Assembly: GCA_004297205.1 (NCBI GenBank)
Contig: SCUL01000002.1
Span: forward strand, 786,893 to 850,892
Direction: 5' to 3'
Source: Patescibacteria group bacterium
GTDB taxonomy: Bacteria; Patescibacteriota; Patescibacteriia; 2-12-FULL-57-11
Length of the DNA stretch: 64,000 bases
In this document: piece by piece, positions 45,186-54,720 of the stretch
Numbering within the stretch: the stretch's first letter is position 1
How the letters are laid out: the number at the start of each line of letters is the position of its first letter
Program-made: the position numbers and the translations under genes
The notes under the pieces: model-generated
What the model saw: the letters and a program-made list of their open reading frames with translations, nothing else
Told to the model about the DNA's origin: nothing
Database searches by the model: none

Positions 45186-46274
45186 GTGCGGATCCCCACG
45201 AAACAACAGATCATTGCCTGGGCGCGGACCAACCCCCGCCTGGCCATCGGCGCCGGCGCAGTCTGCGCCGGCGTTCTTGTAGCGGCGCTCGCCAGCATCG
45301 GCATCCTCTTGTTCGCGCCCAAGCCGGATTTGACGCCCTTTGACGCATCACCCGCGCCCGTCGCGGAAGAACCGACCGGCCGCAACTGGCTCGACGGCAC
45401 GCCGGACGACGGCGAGCCGCTGCGCCCCTTCGCGGTGATGATCGAAAACCACGGCGACAGCCGGCCGCAGTCGGGACTCTCCGCCGCCAAGCTCGTGTTC
45501 GAGGCGCCGGTCGAAGGCGGCATCACCCGCTTCCTCGCCGTCTACGCCGCGAGCGGCACGGTCCGCGAAATCGGCCCGGTCAGGAGCGCGCGTCCCTATT
45601 ATTTGGATTGGGTGCTCGAGCTGGGCGCGGACTACGTGCACGTCGGCGGCTCCCCCGAGGCCTTCACCAAGCTCGCCCGGCTGCGCCTGCACGACATCGA
45701 CGAGTTCGCCTACGGCACCGCGGCGTTCTGGCGTTCGTCCCGTCGGTACGCGCCGCACAACACCTACACGTCGGTGGAGCTTTTGAACGGCGTGCGCGAG
45801 GAGCGCGCCTGGGCGGCGACGTCCACGGCCGCTCCCTGGCGCTACGTCGATCCGCAGGCGCCGGAAGAGCGGCCGACCTCGACGCCGAACCTCGTGATCG
45901 ACTTTTCTTCGCCGACCTATCGCGTCGAGTGGCGCTACCAACACGACGACAATGCCTGGCGCCGTTTCCAGGCCGGCGCGCCGCACGCCGACGTCGACGG
46001 CACGCCGATCCTGGCGGCGAACGTCGCCGTCATCCGCACCGAGACGCAGGTGCTCGACGCAGTCGGCCGCCTCAAGTTGCGCACCGTCGGCTCCGGCAAG
46101 GCTTGGGTCTTCCGTGACGGCCGCATGATCACCGGCCGCTGGAAAAAACTGGCCGCGGAGGAGCGCATCCGCTTCGAGACGGTCGACGGCAAGGAAATTC
46201 CCTTCGTTCCCGGACCAACATGGATTGAAGTCACGACCGCGGACATGCCGACCCGCTTTGGCGCGCCGCTCTGA
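45186..46274 (+). CDS. DUF3048 (YerB-like) domain membrane-anchored protein
   Basis: N-terminal TM helix; signature VMIENHGDSRPQSGLSAA..., ...GGITRFLAVY... Confidence 0.7.
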   Translation: MRIPTKQQIIAWARTNPRLAIGAGAVCAGVLVAALASIGILLFAPKPDLTPFDASPAPVAEEPTGRNWLDGTPDDGEPLRPFAVMIENHGDSRPQSGLSAAKLVFEAPVEGGITRFLAVYAASGTVREIGPVRSARPYYLDWVLELGADYVHVGGSPEAFTKLARLRLHDIDEFAYGTAAFWRSSRRYAPHNTYTSVELLNGVREERAWAATSTAAPWRYVDPQAPEERPTSTPNLVIDFSSPTYRVEWRYQHDDNAWRRFQAGAPHADVDGTPILAANVAVIRTETQVLDAVGRLKLRTVGSGKAWVFRDGRMITGRWKKLAAEERIRFETVDGKEIPFVPGPTWIEVTTADMPTRFGAPL

Positions 46275-46304
46275 GCATTGACGGGCCGGCCGCCGCTCTC
46301 TTTT

Positions 46305-47195
46305 TTATGGACGGATCAGCGCGACGCGCCAGCGTCCCGAGAGATCTTTTTTGAAATCAATGCGGCCCTTCGGGAAGAAGCGCTTCACCACGGCCGGCAA
46401 CTTTTTCTTTTGGGAAGGATCGATCTCGATGATGATCGGACAGCGCCACACCCGTGCGACGATTTGGACAAACAGGGCGCGGTAGGCATCGAGGCCGTCG
46501 CGGCCGCCGTCGAGGGCGGAGCGCGGTTCGTAGCGTTTCACGTCCGGCGGCGCACTGCGCCAGATGGCAGTAGGAAGATAGGGAAGATTCGCGACGATCA
46601 GATCCGGCGCGAGTCGCGGCGGAAGCAGGTTCGCTTTCACGAACCGTACGCGGCGCGTCAGGTCGAGGAGTCGGGCGTTTTTTCGAGCGAGCCGCAGCGC
46701 AGCGGGGGAGATGTCGGTGGCGATGACGCGCGCCGTCGGCAGGTGCTTCGCGAGCGTGAGCGCGATGGCACCCGAGCCGGTGCCGATGTCGATGATCGTT
46801 GCGCCATGTCCATCCACGCCGCGGGTCCTGCCGCTCGGCCATTCCGCCGTGCTCCTTCGTGCGCGCGGCGGGAGCCCTGGCCCCGCGTCACCCGCGGCTG
46901 TCATTGCACGTACTGTTTCCACCAGCAGCTCCGTCTCGGGGCGCGGAATCAGCACGCCCGGCGCGACCGCGAGCGTCAGATCGTAAAAATGTTTGTGGCC
47001 GAGGAGGAGCGCGACCGGTTCATGTTTCCGGCGGCGCGCCGCGAGCGCGCGAAACCGGCGGAGTGCCGCCGGTCGGATGCGTCCCTCGGGATGCGCGAGG
47101 AGATGTTCGCGGGTTGTCCGCAGTGCGTGCGCCAGCAACAGTTCCGCGTCGAGCGGATCGATCCCACGTGTCCGTAATGCCTCGCCGACGGTCAT
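46305..47195 (-). CDS. prmC: release factor glutamine N5-methyltransferase PrmC/HemK
   Basis: SAM motif IIDIGTGSGAIAL, substrate motif NLPY (NPPY variant), directly downstream of prfA. Confidence 0.8.
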   Translation of the reverse strand: MTVGEALRTRGIDPLDAELLLAHALRTTREHLLAHPEGRIRPAALRRFRALAARRRKHEPVALLLGHKHFYDLTLAVAPGVLIPRPETELLVETVRAMTAAGDAGPGLPPRARRSTAEWPSGRTRGVDGHGATIIDIGTGSGAIALTLAKHLPTARVIATDISPAALRLARKNARLLDLTRRVRFVKANLLPPRLAPDLIVANLPYLPTAIWRSAPPDVKRYEPRSALDGGRDGLDAYRALFVQIVARVWRCPIIIEIDPSQKKKLPAVVKRFFPKGRIDFKKDLSGRWRVALIRP

Positions 47196-47599
47196 GCCTG
47201 TCCGCCGGGCGTCGTCACTTCTCGGGAAAACGCCTTCATCGCCTCCACGAGTTCTTCGTGGCGGTCGGCTGCGGCTTCGGCCGCCTCCGTCATGCGGTCA
47301 AACTCCTGTCGGACCGCAGCTTTGGTTTTGATCAGCGCGTCATGGCGTGCCTGCAGGAGGTCGTCCTTCTCGCCGCGTGCGGCCAGCGCCGCGATCGCAT
47401 CGCCGATCTGTTCCAGCCGATCGTCCATGCCTTCATACGCCGTTTGCATGTCTTCGATGGCGTTGTTCGCCTTGTCGTACGCCAGCTCAACGGCCAGGAG
47501 TTCCGATCGCAGGCCTTCGCTGAGCTTCTTCAAGTCACCGCGCTCCGACGGCTTCTCTTTGTTGAAATACGATTCCGGCGGATGGAGGAGTTCGGACAT
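47192..47599 (-). CDS. hypothetical acidic coiled-coil protein inserted between prfA and prmC
   Basis: 135 aa; 4-nt overlap with the prmC start; high GC3. Confidence 0.5.
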   Translation of the reverse strand: MSELLHPPESYFNKEKPSERGDLKKLSEGLRSELLAVELAYDKANNAIEDMQTAYEGMDDRLEQIGDAIAALAARGEKDDLLQARHDALIKTKAAVRQEFDRMTEAAEAAADRHEELVEAMKAFSREVTTPGGQA

Positions 47600-47604
47600 A
47601 ACGT

Positions 47605-48693
47605 TTAGGTGTCGTCCTCATCGGACGCTGTATCCATCGTGCCAGCACGCTCCGCCGTACGCAACGCGGCCACGATCTCCGCGATATCGCCGTCGAGGAT
47701 TCCGGGCAGGTTGTGCCAGTTCTGTTTGATGCGGTGGTCGGTCAGGCGGTCCTGCGGGAAGTTGTAGGTGCGGATTTTTTCGGAGCGCTCGCCGGTGCCG
47801 ATCTGGCCGCGGCGCGCCTCGGTCCGTTCCTTGCGGCGCTTCTCTTCCGCAAGCGCGAACAGCCGGGCGCGGAGAATGCCCATGGCGCGCTCCCGGTTCT
47901 GCTGCTGGCTGCGCTCGTCCTGGCAGGTGACGATGAGGCCGGTCGGCAGGTGCGTGATGCGCACCGCCGAGTAGGTGGTGTTGACGCTCTGGCCGCCGTG
48001 GCCGCCGGCGGTCATGGTGTCGAGGCGGATCTCTTTGGGATCAATGACCAGTTCCACTTCTTCGACCTTCGGAAGTACCGCGACCGTCACGGTCGAGGTA
48101 TGGACGCGGCCGGCCTTTTCCGTTTCCGGAACGCGCTGCACGCGGTGCACGCCGCTCTCGTACTTCAGGTGGCGGTAGGCGTTCTGTCCGGAGATTTCGA
48201 AAATGACTTCTTTAAAGCCGCCGAGTTCGGTTTTGCTCGAGGAGACGAGCGTCGTTTTCCAGCCCTGGCGTTCGGCGTAGCGCGCGTAGACGCGGAAGAG
48301 TTCGGCCGCGAACAGCGCCGCTTCGTCCCCGCCGGTGCCGGCGCGGATTTCCATGATGATGTCCTTTTCGTCGAGCGGGTCCGGGGGGACGAGCGCGTCT
48401 TCGAGTTCCTGCCCGAGCGCCGCGACGCGCGTCTCCAGTTTCGGGATCTCGGCGGCGGCCATGCCGGCGAATTCCGCGTCGGCGTCGCTTGCGGCCGCGC
48501 GCGTCTCAGCCAGCTCTTTTTCGACCGCGGCAAACTCATCGGCCAGGTCGAGGGTCCGCTTCAGCCGGGCATATTCCGTACTCGCCGCCTTCAGCCGTTG
48601 GGCATCGCCAAGCACGGCCGGATCGGCGAGATCGGCTTCGAGCGCCGCGAAGCGGGCGCGGAGTTTGGCGATGTCGGCGGCGTGGTCGTTCAT
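47605..48693 (-). CDS. prfA: peptide chain release factor 1
   Basis: GGQ motif [12 protein letters not shown], PxT-type region; start at [14 protein letters not shown] (the track ORF starts at an upstream TTG). Confidence 0.9.
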   Translation of the reverse strand: MNDHAADIAKLRARFAALEADLADPAVLGDAQRLKAASTEYARLKRTLDLADEFAAVEKELAETRAAASDADAEFAGMAAAEIPKLETRVAALGQELEDALVPPDPLDEKDIIMEIRAGTGGDEAALFAAELFRVYARYAERQGWKTTLVSSSKTELGGFKEVIFEISGQNAYRHLKYESGVHRVQRVPETEKAGRVHTSTVTVAVLPKVEEVELVIDPKEIRLDTMTAGGHGGQSVNTTYSAVRITHLPTGLIVTCQDERSQQQNRERAMGILRARLFALAEEKRRKERTEARRGQIGTGERSEKIRTYNFPQDRLTDHRIKQNWHNLPGILDGDIAEIVAALRTAERAGTMDTASDEDDT

Positions 48694-48726
48694 GAGAGGA
48701 TTATGACAGCGTGTTCGAGAAATCAA

Positions 48727-48762
48727 AAACGGCCCAGGTGCGACCCGGGGCCGTTTTTGAAT
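48727..48762. terminator. hairpin AAAAACGGCCC-...-GGGCCGTTTTT between rpmE and prfA (A-run/T-run symmetric)
   Basis: Stem ACGGCCC/GGGCCGT with flanking A5 and T5. Confidence 0.55.
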
Positions 48763-49059
48763 CTACGCTTCGGTTTTTTCGGATTCGGCGCGGGCGGCCG
48801 CCTTTTTGGCGACGCGCTTCGCAACCTTGGCCTTTTTGCCGCCGCGGATCGTGGTGGCCTGCTTGGCCACGCGCTCAGCGAGCTTCTCTACGCGGCGGGC
48901 CGTGTCCACCAGTTTCTGTTTGCCTGTGTAGAACGGATGGCACTGGGAACACAATTCGACCCGGATTTCCGAAACGGTGGAACCGGTCTCAAAGGTGTTG
49001 CCGCAGGCGCAGATCACCTTGGCTTTGGGGTGGTATTCCGGGTGGAGTTCTTTCTTCAT
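48763..49059 (-). CDS. rpmE: 50S ribosomal protein L31 with a Lys/Ala-rich C-terminal extension
   Basis: [27 protein letters not shown]...[10 protein letters not shown], then [23 protein letters not shown]. Confidence 0.8.
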   Translation of the reverse strand: MKKELHPEYHPKAKVICACGNTFETGSTVSEIRVELCSQCHPFYTGKQKLVDTARRVEKLAERVAKQATTIRGGKKAKVAKRVAKKAAARAESEKTEA

Positions 49060-49127
49060 ACGTTGGCGGGATAGTAGCAAAGCCCCGTGGAATAGGCAAG
49101 TCTCGGGGTCTTTGGCATGATGCTGCC

Positions 49128-50150
49128 ATGAAAACCGCGCTTTTCGACTATCTTCTGCCGCCGGAGCGCATCGCCCAGAAGCCAGTCCGGCCTCGCGACC
49201 ATTCGCGTTTGCTGGTCCTCGACCCGGTCGTTGGGACCATGAAGCACCGCCGATTCTTCGAGATCGGCGACTTTCTGAATCCGGGCGATCTGCTCGTGGT
49301 CAACGACACCAAAGTCTTCAAGGCACGGCTGACGGCCCGGCGGGCCACCGGCGGAAAAGTTGAAGTGTTTCTGTTGCGCGCGCTCACGGACGGCAAAGCG
49401 GCGAGCGAATGGGAATGTTTGCTGAAACCTGGGAAGAAAGTGCGCGCGGGCGGTGCGCTCGTCGTGGGTCGCGTGCCGTTCACGGTGCTGCGAAAAAACG
49501 AGGACGGCGTCGTTGTCATCCACGCCCCGCTTTCGGCGGACAACGTCATCGACTTCGCCAACCACCATGGCGCCATCCCGGTGCCGCCCTACGTCTGCCG
49601 TGCGCCGAAGACGCTTGCTGATTACCAGACGGTGTACGCCAAGAAAGAGGGGAGCGTGGCCGCACCGACGGCCGGCTTCCACTTCACGCCGCAGCTCATT
49701 GCACGTTTGAAGAAGCGGGGGATCCGTTTCGCCTCGGTCACGCTGCACGTCGGCATCGGCACGTTCCGGCCGGTCAGCGCGACGACACTCGAGGAGCACG
49801 AGATGCATGCCGAATGGGGCGAGATTCCGGCGGCGACCCGCCGCGCAATCATCCAAACAAGGAAAAAGAGCGGGCGGGTCATCGCCGTAGGGACGACGAC
49901 GGTGCGTGCCCTCGAAGGGTTGGGCCGGGAACCCTCGGGTTGGGTGGACATCTTCATCCGTCCCGGTTACCGCTTCCGCGTCGTCGACGCGCTCATCACC
50001 AACTTCCATTTGCCGCGCTCCACCTTGCTCGCGCTCGTCTCGGCTCTGGCGGGCCGCGCCTTCGTTTTGGCCGCCTATGCCGAAGCCGTCAAAAAGAAAT
50101 ACCGCTTTTACTCTTTCGGCGACGCCATGTTCGTGACGCGGCGCGTTTGA
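49128..50150 (+). CDS. queA: S-adenosylmethionine:tRNA ribosyltransferase-isomerase
   Basis: [17 protein letters not shown]...LLVLD..., ...IPVPPY..., GTTTVRALE; 340 aa from the internal ATG. Confidence 0.85.
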   Translation: MKTALFDYLLPPERIAQKPVRPRDHSRLLVLDPVVGTMKHRRFFEIGDFLNPGDLLVVNDTKVFKARLTARRATGGKVEVFLLRALTDGKAASEWECLLKPGKKVRAGGALVVGRVPFTVLRKNEDGVVVIHAPLSADNVIDFANHHGAIPVPPYVCRAPKTLADYQTVYAKKEGSVAAPTAGFHFTPQLIARLKKRGIRFASVTLHVGIGTFRPVSATTLEEHEMHAEWGEIPAATRRAIIQTRKKSGRVIAVGTTTVRALEGLGREPSGWVDIFIRPGYRFRVVDALITNFHLPRSTLLALVSALAGRAFVLAAYAEAVKKKYRFYSFGDAMFVTRRV

Positions 50151-50210
50151 CGCCGGCCGCTGCCGCGGATAAGGTTTGCCGGGTCAATCGTGGCCCGAGA
50201 GGAGAGAAGC

Positions 50211-51218
50211 ATGGATTTCGATCGGTTGCCGGAGCTCGGGCACGTCCTGAGCGTCGATCAGTTCGACCGGCCGTTCCTGGATAAGATCTGCGACGTCACG
50301 CAGGAGATCCGCGAGTTGCGCGACAAGCCGGACGGCAAGCGGCTGCTCAAGGAGCAGTTCGCGGACCGCACGGCCATGCTCTACTTCACGCAGCCGAGCT
50401 CGCGGACGTACACGTCGTTCGCGGTGGCCTGCCAGGAGCTCGGCGTCAGCATCGTGGACGTCCGTGATCCCCACACCTCCTCCGAGGTGAAGGAGGAGAG
50501 CCTGCTCGACTCGATCCGGACGTTCTCGTCGTACGTCGACGTGCTCATCATGCGGTCGCCCGTGGAGGGATTGGCGCGTGACGCCGCCGCGTACTTGGAC
50601 GCGACGCCACGCCCCCGGCCGATCGTGAACGCGGGCAACGCCAAGGACGAGCACCCCACCCAGGCGCTGCTCGACATTTACACGATGCGCCGGTCGTTCA
50701 AGGACCGGGGCGGCGTGGACGGGAAGACTGTCGCCTTCGTCGGGGACCTGGCGCGCAGCCGGGTGGTGCGCTCGCTGGCCAAGCTCATGTACCACTACTA
50801 CGACATGCAGCTCTTGCTGGTGTCGCCGCCGGAGTTCCGCATGAAGCCGGACATCCTCGCGCACCTCGACCAGCACCGGGTGCGATACGAGGAGACCGCC
50901 GACTTCAACGGCGCGGTGCGCCAGGCGGACGTGGTGTACATGACGCGCGTCCAGGACGAGCACGACGCGGCGGACGGCACGCGCTCCCCGCGGTCGTTCC
51001 CGGAGTTCCACTTCACGCAGGAGCATCTGGGGATTCTGCGGCCGGAGGCCATTGTCATGCATCCTGGTCCGCGGCGGGACGAGCTCGACCCGGCGACCGA
51101 CGACGACCCGCGCAGCAAGTACTGGCGCCAGATGCGCAACGGCAAGCATCTGCGTGAGGCGGTCATCGCCTGCATCCTTGCCACGCTGCAGCGCAAGCGC
51201 AACGAACGGCGGCGCTAG
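50211..51218 (+). CDS. pyrB: aspartate carbamoyltransferase-family protein (pyrB-like)
   Basis: SD GAGAGGAGAGAAGC before the ATG; carbamoyl-phosphate motif appears as SSRTYTSF (variant of STRTR); HPTQAL and HPGP motifs present. Confidence 0.65.
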   Translation: MDFDRLPELGHVLSVDQFDRPFLDKICDVTQEIRELRDKPDGKRLLKEQFADRTAMLYFTQPSSRTYTSFAVACQELGVSIVDVRDPHTSSEVKEESLLDSIRTFSSYVDVLIMRSPVEGLARDAAAYLDATPRPRPIVNAGNAKDEHPTQALLDIYTMRRSFKDRGGVDGKTVAFVGDLARSRVVRSLAKLMYHYYDMQLLLVSPPEFRMKPDILAHLDQHRVRYEETADFNGAVRQADVVYMTRVQDEHDAADGTRSPRSFPEFHFTQEHLGILRPEAIVMHPGPRRDELDPATDDDPRSKYWRQMRNGKHLREAVIACILATLQRKRNERRR

Positions 51219-51223
51219 CGCCG

Positions 51224-51285
51224 CGAGACTGGTCTCCCGGTCTTCTTTTTTTTGCAAAAAAATATGCGCACCGGTTCAGGGTGCG
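51224..51285. terminator. bidirectional terminator region: GAGAC-tg-GTCTC + T9, then A7 + GCGCACC-ggttcag-GGTGCGC
   Basis: Hairpins and homopolymer runs read directly between convergent pyrB and the Cys-rich minus-strand gene. Confidence 0.5.
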
Positions 51286-51599
51286 CTCGCGGCTGTCTCC
51301 TTGGCCGCGCAGCTCGGACAACGCTCGCGGCGCAGGCGGCACAGTTCGCGCCGCGTCTTCCGGCGATGCTGCCAGACGTAGTCCGCTCCGGTGCACTGGC
51401 CGATCTTGTCGCAGGTCGGACAGATCAGATCCGGCCGCGGCATGCAGACGTTGCAGATGATCCCGGCCAGCGTCCGGCGCTCCTCCGCGTCGACCCGGCG
51501 CTCGATCCAGTGGTGCGGGCCGCGCACCGATTGGTTGTGGACGGCCACGCACCCGCACGCCACGCAGTAGGCGTAGGCGTTGCCGTTCGATCCGCTCAT
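51276..51599 (-). CDS. hypothetical Cys-rich small protein (four CxxC pairs; probable double zinc ribbon)
   Basis: 107 aa, very high GC3, strong SD GAAGGAGGATGC-ATG; CVAC, CNVC, CPTC, CPSC. Confidence 0.5.
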   Translation of the reverse strand: MSGSNGNAYAYCVACGCVAVHNQSVRGPHHWIERRVDAEERRTLAGIICNVCMPRPDLICPTCDKIGQCTGADYVWQHRRKTRRELCRLRRERCPSCAAKETAASAP

Positions 51600-51715
51600 G
51601 CATCCTCCTTCGGGCTGGGCGGCAGGTTACGCCGCTTGCCCGCAGTCGTCCAGGCGGATAGGATGCCGCCCGGCCATCAGGCCGTGTTCACGAACAACAT
51701 ACAGAAAGGAACACC

Positions 51716-52699
51716 GTGCGTCTCTTCGTCGAACGCCTCGATCGCTGGGTCGAATTCGGGCACGTTGGCAACGCTTCCGGCGCGCGCAACTTCTTTGGCC
51801 AGGGCTACCCGTTCCACCACCTGGCCCGGCCGGTCGGGCTCAACTTCAGGGGGAGCTACCTCGTGGCGAAGACGGCCCCGCTCGAGCCGCGCAAGGGGAA
51901 CATGGCGACGAAGAAGGACGGCATGACGCCGCGGGACCTCTTCCCGGATTGCGTCATTGCCCTGCCCCGCACCGCCGCGGGACTCAACGCCGTCGGACTG
52001 ACCTGTCCGGGGCTGCGCGTCCTGCTCTCCCTCGACCGCTGGCAGCGCTGGCCCGAGCCGTTCTTCCTCTCGCTCATGGCGGTCGGCGCCACGCGCGAGG
52101 AGCGGCTGAACGAGTACCGCGCCATCGTCTCGCTGCTGACCCCGCAGCTGCCGAAGTTCCAGGCGCCGCTCGGGCTCGAGGTCAACATCACCTGTCCGAA
52201 CGTCGGCCTGCACCTCGACGCGCTGCTCGGCGAGGTCGAGGACATCCTGCGCATCCTGTCCGTGCTCGGCCTGCCGATCCTCATCAAGATCAACGTCCTC
52301 CTCCCGGTGGAGGCGGCGCTCGAGATGGAGCGGCTGGAGCACCTCGCGGGCATCGTGCAAGGCAACTCCTTGCCCTGGGACGCGGTGCCGGCGGAGCTGC
52401 GTCTGCAGCTCTTCGGCACCACCGTCTCGCCGCTCGCCAAGTACGGCGGCGGCGGGCTGAGCGGCCGGCCGCTGCTCCCGCTGGTCAACGTTTGGATCGG
52501 CCAGGCCCGGAAAGCGGGTTTCGCCAAGCCCATCGTCGGTTGCGGCGGGATCATGTCCGCCGCGGACGCCGAGTGGATGCTCGCGCGGGGCGCGACGGCG
52601 GTCCAGCTCGGCACGGTCTGCATGGTGCGGCCGTGGCGGGTGCGCGGCATCATCAACCACGTCAATTGGTGGTTCGAGGAGAAGGAGAGACTGGCATGA
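51716..52699 (+). CDS. pyrD: dihydroorotate dehydrogenase-family TIM-barrel oxidoreductase (pyrD-like)
   Basis: GTG start after SD AAAGGA; motifs NASGARNFFGQG, LEPRKGN, LEVNITCPN, GGGLSGRPL, IVGCGGI. Confidence 0.7.
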   Translation: MRLFVERLDRWVEFGHVGNASGARNFFGQGYPFHHLARPVGLNFRGSYLVAKTAPLEPRKGNMATKKDGMTPRDLFPDCVIALPRTAAGLNAVGLTCPGLRVLLSLDRWQRWPEPFFLSLMAVGATREERLNEYRAIVSLLTPQLPKFQAPLGLEVNITCPNVGLHLDALLGEVEDILRILSVLGLPILIKINVLLPVEAALEMERLEHLAGIVQGNSLPWDAVPAELRLQLFGTTVSPLAKYGGGGLSGRPLLPLVNVWIGQARKAGFAKPIVGCGGIMSAADAEWMLARGATAVQLGTVCMVRPWRVRGIINHVNWWFEEKERLA

Positions 52700-53724
52700 A
52701 GACGATCACGATCCGCAGGCCGGACGACGGGCATGTGCACTTCCGACAGGATGGCGTGCTGCCCGGGCTGCTGCTCGAGCATGCCGACATCTGCGGCATC
52801 GCCGTGGACATGCCGAACCCGAAGCCGCCGATCCGCACCGGACGGGACATTCTGGCCCGCCGCGCCGTGTTCGCCGAGGTGGTCGCGGACCGGCGGCCGT
52901 GGTTCCGTCCGCGCTTCTGCGCCTACCAGACGCCGGAGACGACCGCCGAGACCGTCGACGACGTTATGGACGCCGGCGCTGACGGGTTCAAGACCTACCC
53001 CACGGACCAGGAGCGTAAGCCGGGCACGACGAACGCCGAGTGGGGGATGTATCCGCCGGAGCATCTCGATCCGAAGCGTGCGCCGTTCTTCGAGCGGCTC
53101 GTCGAACGTCGAGGGATCTGGCGTGTCCACGCCGAGCATCCTGACTACAAGCAGGAGGACCGCGAGAAGGCCTTCCTGCCGATCCTCGACACGCTCCTGC
53201 AGCGCCACCCGGAGCTGCGCGTGGTGTTCGAGCACATCTCGAGCGCCGAGGGCGTGGCCTTCGTGAAGGCGCATCCGCAGATGATGGCCACGGTCACGCC
53301 GCACCACATGCTGCTGACCTGGTCGGACGGCTACGGCAACCACGACCACTGCTGCATGCCGGCCATCAAGACCGAGACCGACCGCATCGCGGTGTTCGAG
53401 TTCGCGCGTGACTCTGCCCAGGCCGCCTACGGCTCGGACAGCGCCCCGCACCCGCGCGCCGCCAAGGCGCAGGTCAAGGGCGCGAACGGCATCTTCGTGC
53501 CGCCGCGCGTCGGCATCCCGGCGGTCGTCGCGCTGTTCGAGCGCGAGGGCTGTCCGGAGAAGCTCGAGCCGTTCTTCTCCGAACGCTACGCCGACTGGCT
53601 CGGCGTGCCGCGCAACGAGGACGCGATCACCTTGGTGCGCGAGCCCTGGACGGTGCCTGAGGAGATGGCCGGTTTCCGGCCGCTCTTCGCCGGCCAGACG
53701 CTCGACTGGCGCATCCGCGAGTGA
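52696..53724 (+). CDS. pyrC: dihydroorotase, E. coli PyrC type (class II)
   Basis: ITIRRPDDGHVHFRQ, IAVDMPN, VVFEHIS, GSDSAPH collinear with E. coli PyrC; ATGA overlap with the pyrD stop. Confidence 0.8.
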   Translation: MKTITIRRPDDGHVHFRQDGVLPGLLLEHADICGIAVDMPNPKPPIRTGRDILARRAVFAEVVADRRPWFRPRFCAYQTPETTAETVDDVMDAGADGFKTYPTDQERKPGTTNAEWGMYPPEHLDPKRAPFFERLVERRGIWRVHAEHPDYKQEDREKAFLPILDTLLQRHPELRVVFEHISSAEGVAFVKAHPQMMATVTPHHMLLTWSDGYGNHDHCCMPAIKTETDRIAVFEFARDSAQAAYGSDSAPHPRAAKAQVKGANGIFVPPRVGIPAVVALFEREGCPEKLEPFFSERYADWLGVPRNEDAITLVREPWTVPEEMAGFRPLFAGQTLDWRIRE

Positions 53725-53729
53725 GCGAC

Positions 53730-53767
53730 GGGCGGGAACCCCTCGGGGAACCCGCCCCTTTTTTTAT
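53730..53767 (+). terminator. strong intrinsic terminator GGGCGGGAACCCC-tcg-GGGGAACCCGCCC + CTTTTTTTAT after pyrC
   Basis: Long GC stem plus T7 run. Confidence 0.75.
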
Positions 53768-53769
53768 CA

Positions 53770-53798
53770 TTGACACGCCGGGGTTCCTCCTTTATACT
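53770..53798 (+). promoter_or_regulatory. near-consensus sigma70 promoter TTGACA-N17-TATACT for rpsB-tsf
   Basis: TTGACA 53770-53775, 17-bp spacer, TATACT 53793-53798; ~85-nt leader before the rpsB ATG. Confidence 0.6.
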
Positions 53799-53888
53799 CG
53801 CGCCATAAGTTATATCTCACACCCCGTCCGTTCACGCCCGGCGGGGGAGGGCTCAGCCACTTTTGGCGGGCACCCAGGCGTTTTTTGT

Positions 53889-54683
53889 ATGGCAAATATT
53901 CCGAGCCTCATGGAGCTGCTGAAGACCGGCATGCACTTCGGCCACCAGGAATCCCGCTGGCACCCGAAGATGAAGCCGTTCATTTTCGGCGCGCGCGGCG
54001 GCATCCACATCATCAACCTGGAAATCACCCAGGAGAAGCTCAAGGCCGCGCTCGAGTACGTGAAGGGCGTCGCGGCCCGCGGCGGCACGGTCATGTTCGT
54101 CGGCACCAAGCGCCAGGCGCAGGAGATCGTGAAGCGCGAGGCGCTCCGGGCCGGCGTGCCCTACGTCAGCGAACGCTGGCTGGGCGGAACGCTCACCAAC
54201 TTCCCGATGATCCACGCCACCATCAAGCGCTACCGTGACTTGATGAAGCGGCGCGCCTCCGGCGACATCGCCGAGAAGTACACCAAGAAGGAGCAGCTCA
54301 TGATCGACCGCGAGATCGTGGAAATGGAAGAGCGCGTCGGCGGCATCAGCGAGCTCGACAAGCTCCCGGATGCGGTGTTCATCCTGGACCTGAAGTACGA
54401 GAAGACGGCCTACACGGAAGCCATCACCAAGCGGGTTCCGGTCATCGCGCTTGTCGACTCCAACGTCAATCCGGAAGACGTGGCCTGGCCCATCCCGGGC
54501 AACGACGACGCGGTCCGCGCCATCGACATGGTGTTCCGCCTCCTGGCCGACGCCGTGCTCGAAGGCAAGGCCAACCCGGTCGCGCCGCCGGCCCCGCCGG
54601 TGCGCGTCGCGGTCGCCGCGCCTGCGCCGATTGCGGCTCCGGCTCCGGTCGCCGCTCCGGCAACGGACAAGGCCGTCTCCTAA
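53889..54683 (+). CDS. rpsB: 30S ribosomal protein S2
   Basis: MANIPSLMELLKTGMHFGHQESRWHPKM... canonical S2; Pro/Ala-rich C-terminal tail. Confidence 0.9.
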   Translation: MANIPSLMELLKTGMHFGHQESRWHPKMKPFIFGARGGIHIINLEITQEKLKAALEYVKGVAARGGTVMFVGTKRQAQEIVKREALRAGVPYVSERWLGGTLTNFPMIHATIKRYRDLMKRRASGDIAEKYTKKEQLMIDREIVEMEERVGGISELDKLPDAVFILDLKYEKTAYTEAITKRVPVIALVDSNVNPEDVAWPIPGNDDAVRAIDMVFRLLADAVLEGKANPVAPPAPPVRVAVAAPAPIAAPAPVAAPATDKAVS

Positions 54684-54720
54684 TCCGCATCAGACCATCA
54701 ACCATCGAACCGTTCCTTCT

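Noticed and set aside
51580-52695. 714-aa plus-strand ORF 51580..53724 reading through pyrD in another frame
   Set aside because: Only the last ~343 codons, from the ATG at 52696, match dihydroorotase. The upstream part is an R/A/P-rich out-of-frame read-through of pyrD.
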